NCBI GenBank assembly: GCA_965215825.1
Contig: CBDCEM010000002.1
Coordinates: forward strand, 1,614,504-1,678,503
Reading direction: 5' to 3'
Length of the DNA stretch: 64,000 bases
DNA from: Cyclobacteriaceae bacterium
Lineage (GTDB): Bacteria > Bacteroidota > Bacteroidia > Cytophagales > Cyclobacteriaceae
Shown here: piece after piece, positions 1-9,459 of the stretch
Position numbering within the stretch: position 1 is the first letter of the stretch
How the letters are laid out: every line of letters starts with the position of its first letter
Notes under the pieces: generated by a model
What the model was told of the DNA's origin: nothing
What the model saw: the letters and a program-made list of their open reading frames with translations, nothing else
Databases searched by the model: none
Position numbers and translations under genes: made by a program

Positions 1-216
1 AGTTATTGTCTAGCTTCGTTACTTCCGTAGATTCAGTAGGAGATTCTACTACGATTCTTGTAACCTTAGCCGTGTCAATGTTAACCAACTCTGTTCTAAA
101 TGACTTGCTTCTTGATTTATCTCCTGTAAAGGTCATGATCAGATACACCACAACCAGTACCCCTAATATACCAAGAAGTTTAACCGTATTGTTTTTCATG
201 ATTACTGATTAATTGA

Positions 217-1731
217 TCAAGCAAAATTTCCATGTGACCACTTCTGCTTTCTCCTGTTTCTTATCTGTTTGCGAATGAATGCATAGATAAGAATGAGCAG
301 GATCGGTGCAAAAACATTACCGTACTTCAACAGGTTCTTAGTACTGTCTTCAATCTTATTCAATTGTCTGGCAGTGATGGCTTTAGTACGTAAAGAAATT
401 AAGCCTGTATCATCCGCCAGCCAATCAATGGCATTGCTGGCAAAGTTTAAATTGTCAGGATTGACCCTTTGGGCTTGCTGCCCTTCTCCATTGATGATGA
501 AATCCCCATTGCCGATCACTACCATAGCGCCATTACCTAATCCTAAACCTTCAATTGAAGAAGCAAGAATCTGTTCCTGTAATGGGAAGTCCGCTTCAGT
601 CCACCGTTTTTGTAGATCATAAAATCCAGGAGTAGCCAGGGTGCCAGATTTCTCAGAAGTGAATGCAAGCGGGTTGATTCGGACTGTTGTGTCAGCGTTG
701 TTGATCGTAAAGGCGTTGACAAACGGAAGAAGAATTTGTTCCAATCCTTCTGTAATCGGATGATCATCGAAATTAGAAATTCTTGGAAAAAGAGGCACAT
801 TCACCTGACTGTTGATGGTGAGAAAGCCCTGGCGCTGTTGAACAGTGACCGGAATGCAATTTTGATCGATCACGAATTCATTACCATACCTCAGTCCTTT
901 GCCGGCTACCCAACTTTTAATTCCAATATCTGGGGCGGGTTGTAGAGAACCTTGCTGCAGATCTCCTGCAACACTGGAGTAGGACAAGAATAGCTTGCCA
1001 CCCTGATTTAAATAACTGTCCAACTTTGAGAATTCAATGGGCGCAATGGTGTCTTTCGGAGCTACCCAGATTAATCCTCGATAATACGTAGGAACACTGA
1101 ATGTATCAGCGATATTGAATTCCTCTACGTCGTATAGGATCGAAAGCTGTTCTACAAGTTGAGGGAAAGCACTGATACCCGGTGCACCATACCCGGAGAT
1201 CATTCCTATCTTAGGTTTATCCTCAATGGCTAACTTTTTAATGGCCATTGTCAAATCGTACTCCAGGCCACCATTAGGTTGAACCACCGGAATTGCCTCA
1301 GAACGATCTCCGGTTTTTAAGACCACCCCTAAGAACGCCTGGATTTGTTGTTGCTGATCATTTTCCACTACACTGATGGATAACGGAGCTACACCACTTT
1401 GAATGGCTTCTTGTTTCAATTCATCACTTTCACTTGGATTAACAAATTCAAAAATGAGATTGCCATCTGCCAGATCTTCGTACTCTATTAATTGATCACG
1501 AAGATCACTTTGAACAAAGGCTAATTGCGCCGGAAGGTTTTCGGTGAAATATGCTTTGACCGTGATGACTTCATCCAGGTCCTCCAAAATTTCTTTGGTT
1601 GCCTTACTAAGTGTGTATCTCTGGTCCTCTGTGAAGTCCAGCCGAAAATATAAATTTCTTGAGATCAGGTTCGCCACGACAATGATGGCGATCACTATCA
1701 ATAATTGGGTAAGTATTGTAGATTTCTTCAT
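217..1731 (-). CDS. gldG: Gliding-motility-associated ABC transporter auxiliary component GldG-like
   Basis: 504-aa ORF with an N-terminal TM helix (ILTQLLIVIAIIVVANLI) and a C-terminal TM helix (APILLILIYAFI). It lies immediately downstream of an ABC-2 permease and an ABC ATPase in the same orientation, which is the canonical gldA-gldF-gldG order. Its size is typical of GldG. Confidence 0.75.
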   Translation of the reverse strand: MKKSTILTQLLIVIAIIVVANLISRNLYFRLDFTEDQRYTLSKATKEILEDLDEVITVKAYFTENLPAQLAFVQSDLRDQLIEYEDLADGNLIFEFVNPSESDELKQEAIQSGVAPLSISVVENDQQQQIQAFLGVVLKTGDRSEAIPVVQPNGGLEYDLTMAIKKLAIEDKPKIGMISGYGAPGISAFPQLVEQLSILYDVEEFNIADTFSVPTYYRGLIWVAPKDTIAPIEFSKLDSYLNQGGKLFLSYSSVAGDLQQGSLQPAPDIGIKSWVAGKGLRYGNEFVIDQNCIPVTVQQRQGFLTINSQVNVPLFPRISNFDDHPITEGLEQILLPFVNAFTINNADTTVRINPLAFTSEKSGTLATPGFYDLQKRWTEADFPLQEQILASSIEGLGLGNGAMVVIGNGDFIINGEGQQAQRVNPDNLNFASNAIDWLADDTGLISLRTKAITARQLNKIEDSTKNLLKYGNVFAPILLILIYAFIRKQIRNRRKQKWSHGNFA

Positions 1732-1741
1732 CGTTGAAGGA

Positions 1742-2467
1742 TTAAGATTGCCAATTTCTTTTCGATAACATGGTCTGTGCCAGTAAAAGCCCCAGCGAAA
1801 TGATCGAGCCGAAGAATATGATATCCCGACTATCGATTACGCCGCGACTCATGGAGTCATAGTGGGCCCGGATGCTGAGATAGTGAAATACCTCTCCGGC
1901 TATTCCGGAAAAAGAAGCACTGATGGCATCGAACAAGAAGTGAAAAAAGACTGAGATCAAAAGTGCCAATAAGAAAGACACGATCTGATTTTGAGTCAGA
2001 CTACTTGCGAAGAGCCCGATACTAATGTATGATGCGGAAAGCAGGATCAGTCCCAGGTATCCTCCAATGACACTGCCATCGTCTATGTTACCCAATTGAC
2101 TGATTGTGATATAGTAGGGTAAAGTACAGACCAAAGCAATGATTACGAGAATCAGGCATGCAAGAAATTTTCCCCAAACGATCTGACTATCCGATACTGC
2201 TTTGGTGATCAGTAATTCAATGGTGCCGGCTCTATTTTCTTCTGCAAGCATTCTCATTGTGATCGCTGGAATAAAGAAAAAGAGTGACCAAAAGGCTACG
2301 CCAAAGAAGGTACTCAGGCTCGCCTGGTTACCAACAAAAATGTTCGTGGTAACAAGCCAGGTGAAAATTCCGCTCAAACCAAGGAACAGGATGATCATCA
2401 CGTATGCGATCAACGAATCGAAAAATGATGCCAGTTCCCTTTTAGTAATTATCCAAGTTTTCTGCAT
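1742..2467 (-). CDS. gldF: ABC-2 type permease, GldF-like
   Basis: 241-aa polytopic membrane protein with about six hydrophobic segments. It sits between the ATPase and GldG-like genes, 7-10 bp from each. Confidence 0.7.
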   Translation of the reverse strand: MQKTWIITKRELASFFDSLIAYVMIILFLGLSGIFTWLVTTNIFVGNQASLSTFFGVAFWSLFFFIPAITMRMLAEENRAGTIELLITKAVSDSQIVWGKFLACLILVIIALVCTLPYYITISQLGNIDDGSVIGGYLGLILLSASYISIGLFASSLTQNQIVSFLLALLISVFFHFLFDAISASFSGIAGEVFHYLSIRAHYDSMSRGVIDSRDIIFFGSIISLGLLLAQTMLSKRNWQS

Positions 2468-2474
2468 CGCTTTT

Positions 2475-3395
2475 TTAATTAGTTAAGTCTCTGAAAACGT
2501 CTTCCAACCGAGTTTCGATCCCGGTCATTTCGGTGAGATACCATTTTTGATTTACGCACATATCAAAAATGGCTTTTCTCGAACTCACTTCCGGTTTGCT
2601 TTGTACGGAATAGAATCCCGGTTTATCTTCGATGGCGCTTGCTTTTTCAACGGAAGCTAGTCCCAACAACGCCTTTGCTTTATCCCCTTCACCCTCAATT
2701 TGTATGGTTAGTAATTCCTGTCCCTGAGCTTGCTGCCTAAGGGTATTGGCAGTACCATCAGCGACAATACGGCCGCGGTTGATGATGAGGATTCTATCAC
2801 AAGTTGCTTCTACTTCAGACAGGATGTGTGAGCTAAGAATTACAGTTTTTTGTTTACCCAGCTCTTTGATCAGTTTTCTGATTTCGACAATTTGATTCGG
2901 ATCCAGCCCTGTGGTAGGCTCATCAAGAATCAGGACCTCCGGGTCATGGATCATGGCTTGTGCCAAACCAACACGCTGACGGTAGCCTTTGGAAAGTTCA
3001 TTGATGTTTTTATGTTTCTCACGATCCAACCCACACTTTTCGATCATTTCGCCGATCCTGCCAGGAATGAGCGATTTTTCAACACCCTGGATTTCTGCGG
3101 TGAACCGCAGGTAATCTATAATAGGCATGTCGACATAGAGTGGATTATTTTCGGGTAGATATCCGATTTTCTTTTTAATAGCTTCCTGGTCCGCATGGAT
3201 TGACAATTCATCAAGACGGATGTCTCCGTTAGTGGGGGCCATGAAGCAGGTGATCATTTTCATGGTGGTACTTTTGCCTGCACCATTTGGCCCCAAAAAA
3301 CCAACTACTTCGCCGGTTTTGATCTCAAATGAAATGTCGTTGACTGCTTTTTGCTCACCATATTTTTTAGTAAGTCCTTCTACAACGATAGACAT
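2475..3395 (-). CDS. gldA: ABC transporter ATP-binding protein, GldA-like
   Basis: Walker A GPNGAGKST, ABC signature LSKGYRQRVGLA, Walker B ILDEPTTGLD and an H-loop. 306 aa, first gene of a three-gene operon. Confidence 0.8.
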   Translation of the reverse strand: MSIVVEGLTKKYGEQKAVNDISFEIKTGEVVGFLGPNGAGKSTTMKMITCFMAPTNGDIRLDELSIHADQEAIKKKIGYLPENNPLYVDMPIIDYLRFTAEIQGVEKSLIPGRIGEMIEKCGLDREKHKNINELSKGYRQRVGLAQAMIHDPEVLILDEPTTGLDPNQIVEIRKLIKELGKQKTVILSSHILSEVEATCDRILIINRGRIVADGTANTLRQQAQGQELLTIQIEGEGDKAKALLGLASVEKASAIEDKPGFYSVQSKPEVSSRKAIFDMCVNQKWYLTEMTGIETRLEDVFRDLTN

Positions 3396-3624
3396 GTTAG
3401 ATCTGTTAGGATTATGCTGTAAATCAATTGGTTAACCTACTAGGTAAACCGAGCGCAATATTATAGTTGACGTGCGGAATTTTCAAGCGCTACCCATTGT
3501 TAAAAAGTGTTAATCAATATCAATGCGATAATTCCTGGCGAGGCTTTTTTGTAAACGGTCGCTGAAACTACGTTTTAAACAGAACTCCTTACACAATATT
3601 GCCGTTGTAAGATCACGTTGGACA

Positions 3625-4440
3625 ATGGCCTCTATGGATTCATACTTTTTAAAGAAAATAGCAGCTTCACATGACCGACCGAAAGCTTTGCCAGGCTCTG
3701 CGGAAATAGATGGATTCCTGGTTCGGTTGTTGCAGTTTTTATTTCCGGAACTCAACAATATTCGGCTGAAGAGGGAGCAGGATTTGGAACTCGAATATTC
3801 GGAGATAAAACGTGCCTTTGAGCAACTCCTGGAAAAGACAAAAGCGTGCAACCAACAGCAGGTTATGAGTACTTGTGAATATTTTTTCAGCGAACTGGAA
3901 GTAGTCTATGACTTTTGTTTAGAAGATGCTCAGGCCATTTATGATGGTGATCCCGCCGCTTACGACCTTAAGGAGGTAATACGAACTTATCCAGGCTTTT
4001 TAGCCATTGCGGTCTATCGGATTGCTCATATCATGACCAATATTGAGGTGCCTTATTTACCAAGATTATTTACGGAATACGCACATTCAAAAACAGGAAT
4101 CGACATTCATCCAAAATCGAGGATTGGACGTTTTTTTTGTATTGACCATGGCACAGGAGTAGTCATTGGTGAAACGACGGAAATTGGCGACCATGTTAAG
4201 ATTTACCAGGGAGTGACCTTAGGGGCGCTTAGTGTAAGTAAAGAGATGGCGCTAACAAAACGTCACCCAACCATTGGAGATCATGTTGTGATCTATGCTG
4301 GTGCTACAATTCTTGGGGGGGATACTGAGATCGGAGAAAATAGCATCATCGGGGGGAATGTCTGGATCACTGAAAGTGTTTTACCCAATTCCAGGGTCTA
4401 TTACCAATCAACCGACCACCAATTCATAAAATCATTGTAA
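3625..4440 (+). CDS. cysE: Serine O-acetyltransferase
   Basis: Left-handed beta-helix hexapeptide repeats (DIHPKSRIGRFFCIDHGTGVVIGETTEIGDHVKIYQGVTLGA) and an N-terminal SATase helical domain. Its stop overlaps the start of the cysteine synthase gene. Confidence 0.85.
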   Translation: MASMDSYFLKKIAASHDRPKALPGSAEIDGFLVRLLQFLFPELNNIRLKREQDLELEYSEIKRAFEQLLEKTKACNQQQVMSTCEYFFSELEVVYDFCLEDAQAIYDGDPAAYDLKEVIRTYPGFLAIAVYRIAHIMTNIEVPYLPRLFTEYAHSKTGIDIHPKSRIGRFFCIDHGTGVVIGETTEIGDHVKIYQGVTLGALSVSKEMALTKRHPTIGDHVVIYAGATILGGDTEIGENSIIGGNVWITESVLPNSRVYYQSTDHQFIKSL

Positions 4441-5351
4441 TGACAAAAACAAACCCAGAACTAGCGGGAAACATTGGAGAACTTATAGGGAATACGCCTT
4501 TGGTAAAAATTGAGCTCCCTGAAATTCCTGCACACGTCAAGGTTTATGGTAAACTGGAGGGAAATAATCCAGGAGGCAGTGTAAAAGATCGACCTGCTTT
4601 TAACATGATCAACCAGGCGTTGGTACGCGGAGACATTAAGTCAGATTCGAAATTGGTGGAGGCAACCAGCGGGAATACAGGAATTGCACTCGCCATGGTT
4701 GCGGCTTCTTTTAAGTTGGACATTACTTTGATCATGCCCGAAAACTCCACCCAGGAGCGTGTAGATACGATGCGGGCGTACGGTGCCAAAGTACTCTTGA
4801 CAAAAGCCGAAGGAACAATCGAATATTCTCGTACTGTGGCAGATCAAATGGTGGCAAATGAGGGATATTTTTCGCTTAATCAGTTTGCCAATCCTGACAA
4901 TTATCTTGCTCATTACAAGACGACCGGACCAGAAATATGGAGGGATACTGCCGGTGAGATCACTCACTTTGTGGCCAGTATGGGAACTACGGGTACCATT
5001 ATGGGAAACTCAATGTTCCTGAAAGAGCAAAATTCAAATATTAGGATTATAGGTGTTCAGCCCGAAGAAGGCTCTCAGATACCAGGTATTCGAAAATGGT
5101 CTCCAGAGTTCCTGCCTGCCATTTTTGACAGTAGCCGTGTCGATGAGATTCTTTATGTCAACCGGGACCAGGCCATTGAGATGACACGACGACTTGCGTC
5201 AGAAACGGGAGTTTTTGCGGGTATGAGCAGCGGCGGTGTGCAGCATGCAGTGGTGCAATTGGCCAAATCATTGAAGGAGCCAGCCACAATTGTCTCTGTT
5301 GTCTGCGATAGAGGAGACCGTTATTTGAGCTCAGATCTGTTCAAAGTTTAA
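4440..5351 (+). CDS. cysK: Cysteine synthase (O-acetylserine sulfhydrylase), PLP-dependent
   Basis: PLP-lysine motif GGSVKDRPA, glycine-rich TSGNTG loop, 303 aa. Translationally coupled to cysE (ATG overlaps the TAA). Confidence 0.9.
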   Translation: MTKTNPELAGNIGELIGNTPLVKIELPEIPAHVKVYGKLEGNNPGGSVKDRPAFNMINQALVRGDIKSDSKLVEATSGNTGIALAMVAASFKLDITLIMPENSTQERVDTMRAYGAKVLLTKAEGTIEYSRTVADQMVANEGYFSLNQFANPDNYLAHYKTTGPEIWRDTAGEITHFVASMGTTGTIMGNSMFLKEQNSNIRIIGVQPEEGSQIPGIRKWSPEFLPAIFDSSRVDEILYVNRDQAIEMTRRLASETGVFAGMSSGGVQHAVVQLAKSLKEPATIVSVVCDRGDRYLSSDLFKV

Positions 5352-5620
5352 TATTCGGAGAATTCCTTCCAGAGCTGTTCCCACTCCTCGCTTATTGACC
5401 CATTGAAACTGGGTTTTCCTGCACGACGATACCAATAGTCAGCATTCCATTGGTCTCCTTCTTTTCGGTGAAGATAAGCATGAATCCAGGCTGCTTCCCG
5501 GGAGTTAAGATGGTCCACCAGGTTATGCGCTCCTTGCCAATCTCCGGAGCGATCAAGTTTAAGCGCTTGTCGACAGGTAGAACAGTCATTCATAAGCTGG
5601 GAAGATAGTCTGAATTTCAT
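5348..5620 (-). CDS. Hypothetical small protein (90 aa)
   Basis: ORF only. No motif recognised. It sits convergent to cysK with a 4-nt overlap. Confidence 0.3.
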   Translation of the reverse strand: MKFRLSSQLMNDCSTCRQALKLDRSGDWQGAHNLVDHLNSREAAWIHAYLHRKEGDQWNADYWYRRAGKPSFNGSISEEWEQLWKEFSEY

Positions 5621-5767
5621 GACTGTTTCAAGGGGGTTACTTTTAATCGGACCAATTATCGATGGTTCTTTCCAAAAATCGATAAATGACCTCCGATTAT
5701 CTATTTCATTACCGTGAAACTCGGCTATCCACTTACCTTCGATAATAGCTACAGACTATAGACAAAA

Positions 5768-6196
5768 ATGAATCAATTCAAAGTAGAGATCGTAACCATT
5801 GGGTTTTCCCCATTCAATGAGGCACTGGAAGCACTAGATGCACAGGTGACTCAATACGAAAATCAGGAAGAAGCTGTTGAGGGCTTGAGGTTTCGCAACA
5901 GAAATGGTTACGATATGCCTACTTTGATTATTTGTTGCGCCGGAATAGAACGACCGCTTTATGACGAATTAGCAATGTATTGCGCATCGTTATCTCTTTT
6001 AGTGCCGTTGATTATTTATGATCAGGCATTTAGCGCACTCAGAAGGAGAGACGCAAAAATATTGGGAGCTGCCTCCTACCTGGCTGAGCCCATCAGTATG
6101 GAAAGGTTGGAGCAAAAATTATTCGTCATGATTGGCGAGCAGCTGGAAAGAAAGCGTGATGCGAGTGCTACGTATCACCATCGTTATGAGTCGTAA
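5768..6196 (+). CDS. Hypothetical protein, possibly a degenerate receiver-like domain
   Basis: 142-aa ORF followed by two tandem intrinsic terminators. There is weak alpha/beta resemblance to CheY-like receivers, but no clear phospho-acceptor Asp. Confidence 0.35.
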   Translation: MNQFKVEIVTIGFSPFNEALEALDAQVTQYENQEEAVEGLRFRNRNGYDMPTLIICCAGIERPLYDELAMYCASLSLLVPLIIYDQAFSALRRRDAKILGAASYLAEPISMERLEQKLFVMIGEQLERKRDASATYHHRYES

Positions 6197-6224
6197 GACC
6201 ACTGTTTAAAATCGAACGCCGCTA

Positions 6225-6263
6225 CAGGGGCTTCATTCATGCAAGAGTGGTGCCCCTTTTTTT
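6225..6263 (+). terminator. Rho-independent terminator
   Basis: AGGGGC...GCCCCT stem followed by TTTTTTT, directly after the 5768..6196 ORF. Confidence 0.6.
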
Positions 6264-6294
6264 GAAATTAATAATAGATTGATAATTGATCAAG

Positions 6295-6324
6295 GCCCGC
6301 CTCGAGCGGGCTTTATCTTTTTGG
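6295..6324 (+). terminator. Second hairpin terminator
   Basis: GCCCGC-CTCGA-GCGGGC perfect 6-bp stem followed by TTTATCTTTTT. Confidence 0.5.
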
Positions 6325-6403
6325 TCTGATCTACTTCCGATCATTTTAGGAACATTGATTTTATGAGCAAGTGCTTTGAATAAACAACTGGCCCAGTAGT
6401 AAG

Positions 6404-7435
6404 TTAAAAATGAACCCAGCCCTGGGCTGTTAATTCCATTACATTTTGATTCCTCGTAACCATTACTTTCCCTTTTTCCTTTTCGTGCATGTACCCGATG
6501 GTATGAAGGTCTTCGTGATTCTTGATTTTCTCAAAATCCTCTTGTTTGAGTGTAAATAGCAATTCATAATCTTCGCCACCATTTAGTGCACATGTATTGG
6601 GATCAATGGAGAATTCAGCCGCGGTTGAAAAGGCCTGCTCGTGAATGGGCAATTTATCTTCATAGATAGATACCCCAAGGTCCGATTGCTTGCATAAGTG
6701 AAAAAGCTCTGAAACCAAGCCATCAGAGATGTCAATCATGGATGTGGGCACGATATTCAACTCCGCCAGTTCATAAATGATGTCCATGCGTGCTTTGGGT
6801 CTAAGTTGCCTGCCTACGACATAATCATATTTTTCTATTGAGGGTTGCATGTCCGGATTGGCCAGGTATTCCTGCTTTTCGCGCTCCAATACCTGTAACC
6901 CAATATAAGCTGCTCCAAGATCTCCGGTGACGCAGACAATGTCTGATTTGGAAGCGTCATTGCGATACGTGATTTTTTCTGCATTCGTTTCGCCCAAAAT
7001 TGATACGGAGATCACCAATCCCGTTTTAGAAGCCGTGGTATCTCCACCTACCAGATCAACTCCATATTCCTGACAGGCAATTTTGATTCCTTCGTAAATT
7101 TTCTCAACGGCCTCTACTGAGAACCGGTTGCTCAAACCCAGATTGACAGTAACTTGTTTGGGAATGCCATTCATAGCAGCGATATCCGAGACATTTACAG
7201 CGATCACTTTATAGCCCAGGTGCTGCAGGGGCACGTAAGCAAGATCGAAATGAACACCCTCCAGCAACATATCCGAGGAGAGCAAGGTAAGTTGACCTTC
7301 GGAAGATGAAATTACCGCTGCATCATCACCAATTCCCTTTACACTTTGATCATTTTGTGCTTCAAATTGGGAACTCAATCGGTCAATAAGTCCGAATTCT
7401 CCCAATTCTCCAATTTCAGTTCTCTTTTCCTCCAT
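6404..7435 (-). CDS. thiL: Thiamine-monophosphate kinase
   Basis: AIR-synthase-related fold with an N-terminal GIGDDAAVI motif, then LLEGVHF and a C-terminal PurM-like domain. 343 aa. Confidence 0.8.
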   Translation of the reverse strand: MEEKRTEIGELGEFGLIDRLSSQFEAQNDQSVKGIGDDAAVISSSEGQLTLLSSDMLLEGVHFDLAYVPLQHLGYKVIAVNVSDIAAMNGIPKQVTVNLGLSNRFSVEAVEKIYEGIKIACQEYGVDLVGGDTTASKTGLVISVSILGETNAEKITYRNDASKSDIVCVTGDLGAAYIGLQVLEREKQEYLANPDMQPSIEKYDYVVGRQLRPKARMDIIYELAELNIVPTSMIDISDGLVSELFHLCKQSDLGVSIYEDKLPIHEQAFSTAAEFSIDPNTCALNGGEDYELLFTLKQEDFEKIKNHEDLHTIGYMHEKEKGKVMVTRNQNVMELTAQGWVHF

Positions 7436-7436
7436 C

Positions 7437-7838
7437 TTATTTGATTTCCTGGCAAAGTTCTACTAATACTCCGTTGGTGGATTTTGGGTGGATAAAGGCC
7501 ACCAGTTTGTTATCAGCGCCCTTTTTGGGAGCTTCATTGATCAGTTGAAAACCTTCTGTTTTCAAGCGGTCCATTTCTTTTTCAATGTCGTCTACTTCAA
7601 AAGCAATGTGATGAATACCCTCTCCTTTTTTATTGATGTATTTGGAGATGGGTCCATCTTCGGTGGTAGATTCTAAAAATTCCATTTTGGTTTCCCCCAT
7701 TTGAAAAAATGATGTGTTTACACCTTCAGAAGCAACCTCTTCTTGTTTGTAAGGAGCTCTGTCGAAGAGCCTCGTATATAGTTCATTGACCTCTGAAAGG
7801 TTTTTTACCGCAATTCCGATATGTTCGACTTTAATCAT
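7437..7838 (-). CDS. VOC-family protein, methylmalonyl-CoA epimerase-like
   Basis: 133 aa with a glyoxalase/VOC beta-alpha-beta-beta-beta pattern (MIKVEHIGIAVKNL...GIHHIAFEVDDI). 1-bp spacing to thiL. Confidence 0.6.
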   Translation of the reverse strand: MIKVEHIGIAVKNLSEVNELYTRLFDRAPYKQEEVASEGVNTSFFQMGETKMEFLESTTEDGPISKYINKKGEGIHHIAFEVDDIEKEMDRLKTEGFQLINEAPKKGADNKLVAFIHPKSTNGVLVELCQEIK

Positions 7839-7848
7839 TTTTCTCTTT

Positions 7849-7856
7849 TGTGATTA
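7849..7856 (+). promoter_or_regulatory. Bacteroidetes-type -7 box (TAACTTTG) upstream of the iscA-like gene
   Basis: Matches the TAnnTTTG consensus of sigma-A(Bacteroidetes) promoters, about 30-70 nt upstream of the candidate starts. Confidence 0.35.
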
Positions 7857-7887
7857 ACTTTGCAAAAATGCGGAAACTTTTCCTGCA

Positions 7888-8250
7888 TTGAATCAATTAG
7901 ATCATAACAAAAAAGGAGACGATATGATAAGCGTGACCGAAAAAGCCAAGGACCAGTTGAGTGTACTCCGTCAGGAAGAAGGACACAGCGCGGAGCATAA
8001 CGTGCGAGTAGCTGTGAAAGGCGGTGGCTGCTCCGGTTTGATGTATGATCTGGAGTTCGATGATAAGATCAGTGATTCTGATGATGTTTTTGAGGACAAT
8101 GGCATCAAAGTGATCGTTGATAAGAAAAGTTTACTTTACCTGTTAGGCACCACACTTGACTTTTCTGATGGTCTTAATGGTAAAGGTTTCCAATTCGTCA
8201 ATCCTAACGCTTCCCGAACATGCGGTTGTGGCGAAAGTTTCGCCGTTTGA
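7888..8250 (+). CDS. Iron-sulfur cluster insertion protein (HesB/IscA/ErpA family)
   Basis: Three conserved Cys, including the C-terminal CGCGESF motif. The real start is probably the ATG at 7924 (MISVTEK), preceded by AAAAGGAGA. Confidence 0.8.
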   Translation: MNQLDHNKKGDDMISVTEKAKDQLSVLRQEEGHSAEHNVRVAVKGGGCSGLMYDLEFDDKISDSDDVFEDNGIKVIVDKKSLLYLLGTTLDFSDGLNGKGFQFVNPNASRTCGCGESFAV

Positions 8251-8488
8251 TTTTCTGATAGTTTACCCTTCTTTCACATTTGACTTCTGCAGTCGGTACG
8301 TGACCTATTGGGTCAAGTAAGATGCTGGAGATCAAAAATTTAATTCATAACTTCCCTAAGATCGATTGGAGAAATCAAGTCCGCCGTAGATCGAAGCTTG
8401 ATTCGCCACTGTTCAATCCCATACTATTTTGATTTTGTTTTAAAGTAATTTATTGTTGTTTATCGATAATTAATTATTCTTAAAAGGA

Positions 8489-9214
8489 ATGAGACGTTTG
8501 AATTTCACAGTCCGATTTCTCGGAGCCGCGTCCTGGGCGATATGGATATTACTCATTGCTCAGATTTGGAGTAGTCATAAAGTGTGGAGAATGATCAATG
8601 ATCATGATATGACCTCAACTGAAGGTGTGGTTGATATGTCTTATCGATTTAAAACCATGGCGGCTCATTATGCCTATCACTATCTGGATACCATACCTGC
8701 TACCCAAAATATTCGATACTACTCAAGTCCGGAAATTTTCATGGATTATGACTTTCAACCAGTTGTTTTGGGAGAATTAAGAAAACATAACTCTCCTTTG
8801 CTGTTCGTCGTGAATCCTAGCCTACCTATGAGTATTGCTTCCACGAATAAGGTGTTTTTCTTATCAGAATCTTCCTATTTGATTTTTCTGGTGCTTTTGT
8901 TTCTTGTACTCAGATGGTTAATAGAAATATTTAAAAGGATGAAGCAGGGAGAATATTTTACGAGGAAGCAATATGGACTCGTTAATAGAATTGGCTTTAC
9001 AGTCATAGCCATTCCCATTTCGGATATGATCATTAGGAAAATAGTGATGACAGTCGTGACTCAAAACACGTTGACGGATCTCTCACTCGGAAGTTTGTAT
9101 TCCATTCCAACATTTGATTTTCCTATATTTTTTGTGGGGGTGGCGATTATTATTCTCGCCGAGGCGTTCAAATATGGCTTAGACCTCCAGCATGATCAAA
9201 GTTTAACCATATAA
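8489..9214 (+). CDS. DUF2975-like integral membrane protein
   Basis: 241 aa with four predicted TM helices. It is followed 3 bp later by a small XRE-family HTH protein, an arrangement known for DUF2975/YozG-like pairs. Confidence 0.5.
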   Translation: MRRLNFTVRFLGAASWAIWILLIAQIWSSHKVWRMINDHDMTSTEGVVDMSYRFKTMAAHYAYHYLDTIPATQNIRYYSSPEIFMDYDFQPVVLGELRKHNSPLLFVVNPSLPMSIASTNKVFFLSESSYLIFLVLLFLVLRWLIEIFKRMKQGEYFTRKQYGLVNRIGFTVIAIPISDMIIRKIVMTVVTQNTLTDLSLGSLYSIPTFDFPIFFVGVAIIILAEAFKYGLDLQHDQSLTI

Positions 9215-9217
9215 CAG

Positions 9218-9430
9218 ATGTCGATTGTATTAAACCTTGATGTCATGATGGCGAAACGAAAGGTACGGTCTAAAAAGCTTGCGGAGGCAATCGGTATAAC
9301 TGAAGCCAACCTCTCTGTATTAAAGACCGGTAAAGCCAGGGCCATCCGTTTTTCAACACTGGAGGCCATTTGCCGTGAATTAGATTGTCAACCAGGCGAA
9401 TTACTGGTATATGAGCCTGATGAGCGATGA
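9218..9430 (+). CDS. XRE-family helix-turn-helix transcriptional regulator (YozG-like)
   Basis: KKLAEAIGITEANLSVLKTGKARAIRFSTLEAICRELDCQPGELL is a Cro/C1-type HTH. The real start is probably at MMAKRK, about position 9245. Confidence 0.7.
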   Translation: MSIVLNLDVMMAKRKVRSKKLAEAIGITEANLSVLKTGKARAIRFSTLEAICRELDCQPGELLVYEPDER

Positions 9431-9459
9431 CAAACACTTATAGTTAGTAAACTAGAGAA

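Noticed and set aside
3510-3851. 113-aa minus-strand ORF overlapping the cysE start.
   Set aside because: It overlaps a well-supported cysE reading frame and promoter region and has no features, so it is probably spurious.
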